From a virus, in IMG/VR virus record IMGVR_UViG_3300028394_000044, positions 64,001-128,000 of that record: a DNA stretch of 64,000 nucleotides; one strand, written 5' to 3'. Position numbers and translations under genes: made by a program. Below, piece by piece: positions 56,216-64,000 of this stretch. Positions within the stretch are counted from its first letter, which is position 1, and every line of letters begins with the position of its first letter. The notes below the pieces were generated by a model. That model saw only the letters and a program-made list of their open reading frames with translations, was not told where the DNA came from and searched no databases.

Positions 56216-56824
56216 ATGGTTATTGTTCCTGTTTTTGCAACAAATATTTTTATGACAGAGTTAAAACCTGAAGACTATGAATTGGTCCAGGAAGAATTGC
56301 AAAGAGTGTATGATGATAATACACAAAATAAATTATTTAATGATCCGTGGAATAACGGACGTATGAGATTAAGTCACAATGCATTTGAAGGTGATATTAT
56401 AAAAAAATATGACCTCAAAAATTTCAAACGAGTTCTGACTGATGCTGTTGCTTTCTTAAATGAAGATGGTAAAGTTAGAGCGTTTAATGTTGTGAATTCT
56501 TGGATGACAAGCCTGAAAAAAGGCATGTATGCTCATAATCATCAACATATTGCCCCGTATGGTTCGCATATTTCTGGTGTCTATTACTTTAAAACGGCAG
56601 AAGACGATTCACCAATTGTTTTTGAGAATCCAAATTTGTCTAATGTTTGTTTTAGTCCAGCATTAGGTTCTGAAGAAACACTATCATGTAAACCTATTCA
56701 AGGACACTTGCTGATGTTCCCATCTTGGTTGAGACACTATATTGAAACTCAACTTGATGACCGAGAAAGAGTTAGTGTTTCTTTTACTTTAGGTCTAGAA
56801 AATCCATATCTCGATAAATGGTAA
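56216..56824 (+). CDS. 2OG-Fe(II) oxygenase (TIGR02466-like)
   Basis: H.H, ISGVYY, FPSWL.H, R.SVSF. Confidence 0.85.
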   Translation: MVIVPVFATNIFMTELKPEDYELVQEELQRVYDDNTQNKLFNDPWNNGRMRLSHNAFEGDIIKKYDLKNFKRVLTDAVAFLNEDGKVRAFNVVNSWMTSLKKGMYAHNHQHIAPYGSHISGVYYFKTAEDDSPIVFENPNLSNVCFSPALGSEETLSCKPIQGHLLMFPSWLRHYIETQLDDRERVSVSFTLGLENPYLDKW

Positions 56825-56828
56825 TTAT

Positions 56829-56903
56829 GGAGTTGTTAGTTTAGTGGTAAAACCGCGGGTTGTGATTCCGCTATCACGGGTTCGATTCCCGTACTTCTCC
56901 CCA
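56829..56903 (+). tRNA. tRNA-His(GTG)
   Basis: G-1:C73, ttGTGat loop. Confidence 0.88.
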
Positions 56904-56906
56904 AGC

Positions 56907-56981
56907 GCCTTGTTAACTCAGCGGTAGAGTGTCTCCCTTACAAGGAGAAGGTCGGCGGTTCGATCCCGTCACAAGGTACCA
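56907..56981 (+). tRNA. tRNA-Val(TAC)
   Basis: ctTACaa loop, CCA. Confidence 0.9.
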
Positions 56982-56985
56982 ATTT

Positions 56986-57059
56986 GCTCCCATAGTACAG
57001 TGATAGTACACGCCCTTGGTACGGGTGAGACCTGAGTTTGATTCTCGGTGAGAGCACCA
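56986..57059 (+). tRNA. tRNA-Thr(GGT)
   Basis: ttGGTac loop, CCA. Confidence 0.85.
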
Positions 57060-57064
57060 ATTTA

Positions 57065-57140
57065 GCAACTTTAGCTGATGTGGTCATAGCGGTGGTCTGA
57101 AGAACCATTGAAGTAGGTTCGATTCCTACAGGTTGCACCA
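57065..57140 (+). tRNA. tRNA-Phe(GAA)
   Basis: ctGAAga loop, CCA. Confidence 0.9.
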
Positions 57141-57147
57141 AAATTCT

Positions 57148-57223
57148 GCGGATATAGCGCAAAGGTAGAGGCAAGGGACTTAAAATCCCTCAAGTCTGGG
57201 TTCGAATCCCAGTATCCGCACCA
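57148..57223 (+). tRNA. tRNA-Leu(TAA), short variable arm
   Basis: ctTAAaa loop, CCA. Confidence 0.88.
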
Positions 57224-57226
57224 TAT

Positions 57227-57303
57227 GCCCTTGTAGCCCAATTGGTAGAGGCAATGGATTCAAAATCCATTCAGTGTCGGTTCGAATCTGACCAAGGGTA
57301 CCA
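57227..57303 (+). tRNA. tRNA-Leu(CAA), short variable arm
   Basis: ttCAAaa loop, CCA. Confidence 0.88.
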
Positions 57304-57309
57304 CACAAT

Positions 57310-57384
57310 GTCTCTATAGTTCAACGGACAGAATAGGGACCTCCTAAGTCCCGGATACAGGTTCGATTCCTGTTGGAGACACCA
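57310..57384 (+). tRNA. tRNA-Arg(CCT)
   Basis: ctCCTaa loop, CCA. Confidence 0.9.
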
Positions 57385-57429
57385 AATGGTAAACATGTAA
57401 ATAATATATTAACTCTACAAATTTTTTAT

Positions 57430-57504
57430 CTGGCGTTCGTTCAATGGATAGGACAAGATTCTTCTAAAGTCTTTATAGAGGTTCGATTCCTCTACGCCGG
57501 ACCA
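57430..57504 (+). tRNA. tRNA-Arg(TCT)
   Basis: ctTCTaa loop, CCA. Confidence 0.9.
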
Positions 57505-58193
57505 CCAATATAATATTTTTTTAAAACGGCATCAACTAAACTATCGATACTGTTTACGATTTGCACGCCATTACATTCGACTTCTCTAATCGCTAATGGT
57601 ATCTCTGTGCAACCTAATACAATAGATTTTGCACCACGCTCTATTAAACTTTGTATTACAATCATCAATATTGAATGTGCTTGATCTATATTTCCACCCT
57701 TGATTAAATCTATTGCATGTTGAACTAGTGTGTCCATTTCTACTATAGAAGGCACAATACAATCCCATCCAAATTTATTCAACATGTATTGATACAACCC
57801 GAATTCGATTGTGCTTTGGGTTCCTATAATTCCTATGGTTGTATTACTGATGCCTATGGAATTTAATGTATCTGCAACACTATCTACAATGTGTATAATG
57901 GGAACCTCTAATTTAATTAGTTCCTGATACCAAAAATGTGCGGTGTTACATGGTATGACTATTAAATCACAACCTGTAAATTTCAATGCTTGTACACCTT
58001 CTATCAAGTAGGGTAATGGCTCATCATTGCCTTTTCGCATACTTGTGCTACGGTCTGGAATTCTTGGTTCATTCCAAAGAACAAATGGAATATGATCTTG
58101 ATCTTTATTAGCAGGAGTTTTTTTAATTAATCTAGTTATAAACTCTGCACTTGCTGCTGGACCCATTCCACCCAAAACTCCCAACTTTTTCAT
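57492..58193 (-). CDS. Aspartate/glutamate racemase (RacX/YgeA-like)
   Basis: GVLGGMGP, DQDH, PCNTAH, LGCTE (both catalytic Cys). Confidence 0.93.
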   Translation of the reverse strand: MKKLGVLGGMGPAASAEFITRLIKKTPANKDQDHIPFVLWNEPRIPDRSTSMRKGNDEPLPYLIEGVQALKFTGCDLIVIPCNTAHFWYQELIKLEVPIIHIVDSVADTLNSIGISNTTIGIIGTQSTIEFGLYQYMLNKFGWDCIVPSIVEMDTLVQHAIDLIKGGNIDQAHSILMIVIQSLIERGAKSIVLGCTEIPLAIREVECNGVQIVNSIDSLVDAVLKKYYIGGPA

Positions 58194-58258
58194 AACAGTA
58201 CAACCAGTAAAATAATTATTATGATGACACAGAATATAACAGAAGGAAGTCTCATCAT
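58190..58258 (-). CDS. 22-aa hydrophobic micropeptide (not in ORF track)
   Basis: MMRLPSVIFCVIIIIILLVVLL; ATGA overlaps at both ends. Confidence 0.55.
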   Translation of the reverse strand: MMRLPSVIFCVIIIIILLVVLL

Positions 58259-58863
58259 TTTTTAAATAATAAACTACTAGCAACATGCATCACAGCTTGC
58301 TCATTAGCAACCTCATCTGGGTCAGGTTTTGATTTCCATCCAACTGAAATTTGTCCAATAAATGTACCGGGTTCCGCAGGTACACTTATACGACACATAT
58401 ATTTTACGCCTCTTTCAACATAAACGAATCCCATAAAACTTTGAGGTGTTAGGTAATCTTGACATGGTACTTTTCCTGACATCATTGAAATCACATCATT
58501 ATTATTGTCGTAATTTTTAGTCAGTAGACCAACATCTGTGCCATAGTAATCTTTTTCAATTCCACCGCTGCGAGTAGTAAAATAAACTAGCTTGCGCGTG
58601 TTTAATATTGTATTGACTTGAAATACTGCAATCAATTCCGCTTGGCTATATTTCAATATAAAATTTGAGGCTTTTTCATACTCTCCGTTCATATGCGGTA
58701 ATGCTTTTTCGGCACGATAACTTGCCATAAATGCATCTTTTTCGGAATATAAAAACCAACCACCGAATCCAAATACACATAAAATTATAACCGCAAATAG
58801 GCGAAATGGACTCTCGCCTATCCAAGTCAATAAACTAAGAAGTATTTCCTTAGCTTTGTCCAC
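58255..58863 (-). CDS. Single-TM protein with periplasmic domain, T4 T-holin-like architecture
   Basis: Short N-term, one TM, ~160 aa C-domain with two Cys and YMCRISVP..FIGQISVGW. Confidence 0.5.
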   Translation of the reverse strand: MDKAKEILLSLLTWIGESPFRLFAVIILCVFGFGGWFLYSEKDAFMASYRAEKALPHMNGEYEKASNFILKYSQAELIAVFQVNTILNTRKLVYFTTRSGGIEKDYYGTDVGLLTKNYDNNNDVISMMSGKVPCQDYLTPQSFMGFVYVERGVKYMCRISVPAEPGTFIGQISVGWKSKPDPDEVANEQAVMHVASSLLFKK

Positions 58864-60124
58864 CGATAGCTACCTCTTTATCACAGACAAATGCTGTTAC
58901 TGCAATATTACCGTGTACATGACTTGCTGTGCGAATCATATCCATTAATGGATCAACTGCAATTAGCAAAACTAATACAGCTTCACTTGGTAGTTTTAAC
59001 AAGTCACAAACAACTGCCACGGTTGCAACAGTAAGGATACCTGTTGTACCTGCACTTGCCAAACCAGCCAATATACTACCAAACAGTACTACTAACAATC
59101 CCACAGCACCTAATGGTGAATCATAAATGTTAGCAATAAACACTGTAGCAATCGCATAATAAACAATACTGCCAATTCTGTTGACTGTAAAACTCAGCGG
59201 AACAGTTAGTTCAACACCACCTTTGTCAAAATGCAATCTGTGTAATGCTTCCTGTGCGTATGGAATACAAGCTAATGAACTGCGTGAACTAATAGCAACA
59301 ATCAATGTTTCTTTAGTTTCTTTAATAACAGTCATCAAACTCAACCCACTACGCATCCATATTACCACAGTACCTGCAATAACCACTAATACTCCACCAA
59401 CAAACTGTTGAAATACAAAATCAAACATGGTCATAAAGATGCCCACCCCAACTTTGCCAACTTGACTGCTAATCATTGCTAACAATGCGAATGGTAAGAA
59501 GTAGTTTAGGAATTTAAAGATACTGATACTTGCCTGTTGAACACTCTTTAATACTTCAACCAACATACGTTGACCTTCTGTTTGTAAATGCCCTAATGCA
59601 ACACCAAAAATTAAACAGAAGATAACAATCTTCAAACTCTCACCATTGTTTAGTGTGTTGAAAATGTTTTCTGGAATAAATTTCTCTGCCATCTTACCTG
59701 CACTGATTGGAGGTGATGTTGGCATTGGCTCATGTAACGTGATGTTTAAATCAGTTCCTGTGTCCTTGTTGTTCACTAGTACACCAAATTCTGTTTTCTT
59801 TTGCGGAGTCATTTCTGTGCCTGTAACCAACACAGTTCCTACACCAATGACCGCGGCTAAGAACATACTTCCTATAAATCCAATAATAATTTTACGTATC
59901 AGTGTTTCACTACCTTCTTTTTGTAATAGTCCTATAATACCAACTAGAATAGTTGCCAACAAGAATGGTAGCACAACTACTTTTAATAAACTGATGTAGA
60001 TACTACCAATGCTGTCAAGGTTCATACTAAACTCAGGGGTATAAACTCCACCAAGAATACCCAGTACAATTGAACCAAGAATAGTCCACGGACTAGTTAA
60101 GAAGGTTTTCAAGTGGGAGATCAT
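58850..60124 (-). CDS. Dicarboxylate/amino-acid:cation symporter (DAACS, GltP-like)
   Basis: IP.NIF, SSRSSLACIP, PL..TVN, D...DMIRTA; multi-TM. Confidence 0.92.
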   Translation of the reverse strand: MISHLKTFLTSPWTILGSIVLGILGGVYTPEFSMNLDSIGSIYISLLKVVVLPFLLATILVGIIGLLQKEGSETLIRKIIIGFIGSMFLAAVIGVGTVLVTGTEMTPQKKTEFGVLVNNKDTGTDLNITLHEPMPTSPPISAGKMAEKFIPENIFNTLNNGESLKIVIFCLIFGVALGHLQTEGQRMLVEVLKSVQQASISIFKFLNYFLPFALLAMISSQVGKVGVGIFMTMFDFVFQQFVGGVLVVIAGTVVIWMRSGLSLMTVIKETKETLIVAISSRSSLACIPYAQEALHRLHFDKGGVELTVPLSFTVNRIGSIVYYAIATVFIANIYDSPLGAVGLLVVLFGSILAGLASAGTTGILTVATVAVVCDLLKLPSEAVLVLLIAVDPLMDMIRTASHVHGNIAVTAFVCDKEVAIGGQS

Positions 60125-60948
60125 TTTTTATCCTTTTTCTCTGCTTTATATCTGTCCATCAACTTTTTAGTGTCAATGTTGTTATATTCATTTCTAATAA
60201 CATAATTAACCATACTTAGCAATTGAATTGCTTTTGGATTAACTGCCACTGCAATATAGTCCACACTGTCAGAAATTGTAATTGTCTTGGTGCTGATTGC
60301 AGCATCTGGCTTTTCAAAACTAATTTTCTTAATTTCAAACTCGTCACGGTAAGCAGCAGCAATATCTCCACGTGTGACTCTATCAATGATTACATCCCAC
60401 TTTTCTTCAGGAAGAAATGTTGCATTAGGAAAATTAATTCGTGCAAATGTATCATAGCTGGAGTTTTTGATGAAACTTATTTTTCCATTGAAATCACGAA
60501 TCACTTGATATGTTTCTTTACCCTGACTGTTTTGACTGAGCCATAACCTGTTGATAATTAAACTCTGTCTTAGTTTGATATACGGCTCACTAAATCTAAC
60601 AACTTGTAAACGCGGACCAGTTACGGATAATTTACTAACCGCAATGTCTGCTCTACCGTCTCTAACTTGTTCCACAACCTCAGCAAAACTTTCTGCATCT
60701 CGTCTAAACTGAACAGGAACTCCAAGTAATACACCAATTCGTTGTGCAATTTCAACGTCAAGACCATGAATGTTATCTCCTTCTCCTGAAAAGAAAGGAG
60801 GAACATCTTTTTTGGTCATTGCCACAATAAGAACATTGGCTTTCTTAATTGCAGCGATATCTGGTGGCAAAGGAATAGTTGATGTGGGTAATTGTGCATA
60901 CGTAGCCGCAATAAACAACAAAGCCAACAAAGCAAATAATTTTTTCAT
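60121..60948 (-). CDS. Periplasmic amino-acid-binding protein (SBP family 3)
   Basis: Signal peptide, PPF, GLDVEIA, G.ADIAVS.LSVT..R...V.FS.PY. Confidence 0.9.
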   Translation of the reverse strand: MKKLFALLALLFIAATYAQLPTSTIPLPPDIAAIKKANVLIVAMTKKDVPPFFSGEGDNIHGLDVEIAQRIGVLLGVPVQFRRDAESFAEVVEQVRDGRADIAVSKLSVTGPRLQVVRFSEPYIKLRQSLIINRLWLSQNSQGKETYQVIRDFNGKISFIKNSSYDTFARINFPNATFLPEEKWDVIIDRVTRGDIAAAYRDEFEIKKISFEKPDAAISTKTITISDSVDYIAVAVNPKAIQLLSMVNYVIRNEYNNIDTKKLMDRYKAEKKDKK

Positions 60949-60999
60949 TGAAAATTTCCATTAAACTTGATAAAATTGATAAAATTATCATATTTTTAG

Positions 61000-61007
61000 T
61001 ATTTATA
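61000..61007 (-). promoter_or_regulatory. T4-type late promoter driving the minus-strand operon
   Basis: TATTTATA on + = TATAAATA on -, 52 nt before the SBP start. Confidence 0.7.
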
Positions 61008-61110
61008 TTCCAAATACTTGACCAAAAATGTTGAGAACTTTTTTCTTATATTGACATTCTTGCAAATTTCTGTATAATAGGTCTTGTTGATTGATTGAAA
61101 AGGATTTAAA

Positions 61111-61521
61111 ATGGCTTATATGAACCAAGAACGCAAAGCTAAAATTAAAGCGATGCTGGACAAAAACCTCAAAGGCACCGGCGTTAAATTTTCGTTGCGT
61201 TGCACCTCTCTTTCTATTACTTGTACAATTAAATCAGCACCAATTGATTTGATTGCTAATAGTAATGAAACTTGCTCCAAAGATTTCTATCAAGTAGCCC
61301 GTGGGTTTAAACCAAATACGACTGCATATGAACAAGTAAATCAGTATCATTATAAAAATCATTTTTCTGGTGAAGCACTAGATATTATGAATCGAATCGT
61401 AAAATCAATGTATGCCGCTGATTATTATGATAATTCGGATGCAATGACTGATTATTTTGATACTGCATACTATGTAAATATTCAAATTGGTCAATGGGAT
61501 AAACCTTTTATTGTAAAATGA
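61111..61521 (+). CDS. Hypothetical early protein
   Basis: MAYMNQE..YD.SD..TDYF..YY..IG.W; follows TTGACA-16-TATAAT. Confidence 0.7.
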   Translation: MAYMNQERKAKIKAMLDKNLKGTGVKFSLRCTSLSITCTIKSAPIDLIANSNETCSKDFYQVARGFKPNTTAYEQVNQYHYKNHFSGEALDIMNRIVKSMYAADYYDNSDAMTDYFDTAYYVNIQIGQWDKPFIVK

Positions 61522-61781
61522 AAAGATGCATAGTTATTGCCGATAACCAAATTGTCGGCATCTTTATCGTTTTTGCTTGTGCCGAAATTTATGCCAGAGG
61601 CTTAAAAAACACTTGCATTGAAATTGTAGATATGTTATAATGGACTTATGATGAAAAATATTGAAACACTCCAAGATTTGTATGAAGATTCGCCAGCCTC
61701 TCCCGAGTTGACCGATGGTGAATTGTTAGCTATGGCTAAATATTATGGGTATGAGGATGAACCAGAATGTGAGTTTGGATA

Positions 61782-62072
61782 ATGCGCGGAATTTATATAC
61801 TAATGACTAGTGACGGTTTTCGTGTTGCTGGTATGGACAACTATGAAGATTTGTATGACGGTTATGCATGTGATATGAAACGTTACATCAATACTGAGGT
61901 ATTAACAAAAACTTTTAATGATTGTGTGCCTTTATTAGAACTTGATGCCCGTGAAGTAGCAAACAATATGGCAAAAGCCTACCGCGAATTACCTGATGGC
62001 ATTCGCACCGTAGTAACCTACCGTAATTATTCTTTTGAGGATTTAAAAAATGGCTCGGCTTCCAAAAATTGA
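61782..62072 (+). CDS. Hypothetical protein
   Basis: 96 aa ORF. Confidence 0.55.
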   Translation: MRGIYILMTSDGFRVAGMDNYEDLYDGYACDMKRYINTEVLTKTFNDCVPLLELDAREVANNMAKAYRELPDGIRTVVTYRNYSFEDLKNGSASKN

Positions 62073-63096
62073 AGAACCAAAATTTGTTGGTGAAATGTCC
62101 AATATTAATTTTATGAATGCATTAAATTGGTATCATCAAAATTTTGAGAACAAAGATGCCCAAAATTTTATTTTAGAATATGCCAAGAAAAATAAAATTT
62201 CTGGTCGCATTAATACTTCCGGCAGTTATTTAACTCTCGGTTGGATTTGTCGTCTTTTGACTAATGGAAATAACATTGGTGAAAAAGGCAATTTATTTAT
62301 TACTAACCAATTAAAACAAGTATTGGTGGCTGAAGTACAGGCACCAACTGTTGTTACTGAAACAGTACCGACAATTTCAATCCAAGAACGTTTGCGTGAA
62401 AAGATTGGTGAAATTGCCGGAGAGTTAGAAGGCGCCATAGATGAGTATATTGAAAGTGATTTTAAGATTGAAAAATCGCCAATGGCTTTGATGCAAGAAA
62501 AAGCCAAAGGTATGCACGCCGCCAAATTAATTGAAATTTTCAGAAAACGCCGTATAGAATTTGATGAAGTCCTGAATACGGATGACAAACAAATAAAAGA
62601 AGGCTATAGTAATTTCACAAGACCTCAATTAAAAAAATTGATTGCTTATTGTGATAGTATTATTCTAGATGCAATGAAAATTGCAGGCGAAGCAAAGATT
62701 AATCGTAAGCCACGTAAAGTTAAGAAAAAAACACCCGAACAATTGGTGTCTAAAATGCTTTACTTGGATAAATTTGATGAGTTGAAATTGCAGTCGATTC
62801 CAGCTAAACAAATAATTGGTGCTACGCAACTTTGGGTGTACAATACCAAATACAAAAAACTTGGTGTTTATATTGCTGAGGATGCCGGTGGATTTACCGT
62901 AAAAGGTTCATGTTTGCTTAATTACAGTGAATCAAAATCCGTACAAAAAGCAATACGTAAACCTGCGGAGATTTTACCTGAAGCCATGAAAGCTGGCAAG
63001 ATTGTTCTCCGTAATTTACTTGGTAAACTTACCACCAAAGAATCTTTGTTGGGTGGTCGTATCAATCGAGATACAATCCTTCTCCGTGTGTTATAA
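62050..63096 (+). CDS. Conserved T4-like phage protein of unknown function
   Basis: ALNWY, IQERL, EGY, LWVYNTK..KL, GRIN..TILL motifs. Confidence 0.7.
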   Translation: MARLPKIEEPKFVGEMSNINFMNALNWYHQNFENKDAQNFILEYAKKNKISGRINTSGSYLTLGWICRLLTNGNNIGEKGNLFITNQLKQVLVAEVQAPTVVTETVPTISIQERLREKIGEIAGELEGAIDEYIESDFKIEKSPMALMQEKAKGMHAAKLIEIFRKRRIEFDEVLNTDDKQIKEGYSNFTRPQLKKLIAYCDSIILDAMKIAGEAKINRKPRKVKKKTPEQLVSKMLYLDKFDELKLQSIPAKQIIGATQLWVYNTKYKKLGVYIAEDAGGFTVKGSCLLNYSESKSVQKAIRKPAEILPEAMKAGKIVLRNLLGKLTTKESLLGGRINRDTILLRVL

Positions 63097-63135
63097 TTGC
63101 CTACATTTTATACCTACCTGTGTTATACTTAACTT

Positions 63136-63975
63136 ATGATAATTTTTGATTTTAACCAGGTTGTAATTGCCAACCTCATGGAGCAAATTGGTTCCAGTAA
63201 AAATGCAGTTGAAGAATCATTGGTTCGCCATATGGTTCTCAATACAATTCGGGCTAATGTTCGTAAATTTCGAGAATATGGTGAGGTTATTATTGCATGT
63301 GATAGTAAAAATTACTGGCGCCGTGAAGTATTTCCTGCTTATAAAGGATCACGTAAGAAAAATCGTGATGCATCAGGACATAATTGGTCATCTATTTTCG
63401 ATTGTATGTCCAAGATTCGTGAAGAGTTAAAAGTTAATTCACCATATAAAGTAATTGAAATTTATGGTGCCGAAGCTGATGACGTTATTGGTGTACTTAC
63501 TCAAACATATTGTCAACGAGAGAAGATTATGATTCTTTCAAGTGATAAAGATTTTGTTCAGCTACAAACCAATTCAAATGTTTTTCAATATTCTCCAAGT
63601 ATGAAAAAGAATATTGGGACAGATGATGCCAAAAAACAACTTCTTGAATTGATTATTCGTGGAGATAGTGGTGATGGTGTTCCTAATGTATTATCGCCAG
63701 ATAATTGTTTGATAGAAGGCATTCGGCAAAAACCTATTACTGAGAAGGCTATGAATACTATTATGGAACAAGTCCATGGTGAAATGTCGGAAAGTCTCAA
63801 ACGCAATTGGTCACGCAATAAACAGTTGATTGATCTTTCATGCATTCCAAAAAATCTTTCCAAAAGCATCATAGATACATACGTAGAGATGAAGCCAGCT
63901 AATCGCCAACAATTTATGAATTATATGATTATAAATAAGCTAACAAATTTATTGGCTGTTATTGATGAATTTTAA
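63136..63975 (+). CDS. rnh: T4 RNase H (5'-3' exonuclease)
   Basis: D.NQ, YWRR..FP.YK..R, EADD, SSDKDF, GD.GDGVPN. Confidence 0.96.
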   Translation: MIIFDFNQVVIANLMEQIGSSKNAVEESLVRHMVLNTIRANVRKFREYGEVIIACDSKNYWRREVFPAYKGSRKKNRDASGHNWSSIFDCMSKIREELKVNSPYKVIEIYGAEADDVIGVLTQTYCQREKIMILSSDKDFVQLQTNSNVFQYSPSMKKNIGTDDAKKQLLELIIRGDSGDGVPNVLSPDNCLIEGIRQKPITEKAMNTIMEQVHGEMSESLKRNWSRNKQLIDLSCIPKNLSKSIIDTYVEMKPANRQQFMNYMIINKLTNLLAVIDEF

Positions 63976-64000
63976 AATGGAAATATATGAATAATTTAAT

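Noticed and set aside
57492-60948. Host contamination or prophage boundary at the transporter operon
   Set aside because: Flanked on both sides by phage genes, similar AT content, preceded by a T4-type late promoter; no integrase.
1-64000. Stop-codon reassignment
   Set aside because: Core genes are full length in the standard code, TAA/TGA/TAG are all used as stops, and there is no suppressor tRNA.

Overview
The window is 64 kb of a large T4-like (Tevenvirinae/cyanophage-like) lytic myovirus genome. It is AT-rich and almost entirely encoded on the + strand, and the host is probably a freshwater Betaproteobacterium (inference). Gene order: Hsp20 and nucleotide-metabolism genes; replication core (gp43 polymerase, UvsX, gp41 helicase); a late block with a sugar-biosynthesis/glycosylation operon and several putative capsid-packaged (internal) proteins, one with an embedded HicA domain; a lysis cassette (spanins, GH19 endolysin); gp61 primase, ThyX, NrdA/NrdB; a hypervariable early region of small ORFs behind repeated sigma70 promoters; a 29-tRNA array covering all 20 amino acids, interleaved with structured ncRNAs; a minus-strand late operon (substrate-binding protein, DAACS symporter, T-holin-like protein, micropeptide, Asp/Glu racemase); and T4 RNase H. 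Best candidate for a new system: a leaderless 41-codon peptide containing all 20 amino acids in its first 29 codons, coupled to mutually exclusive antiterminator/terminator hairpins directly upstream of the tRNA array, i.e. a putative pan-amino-acid/tRNA-depletion-sensing attenuator. Second candidate: the late-promoter-driven amino-acid uptake/racemase/holin-like operon. All calls are from motif recognition by eye; no database searches were run.
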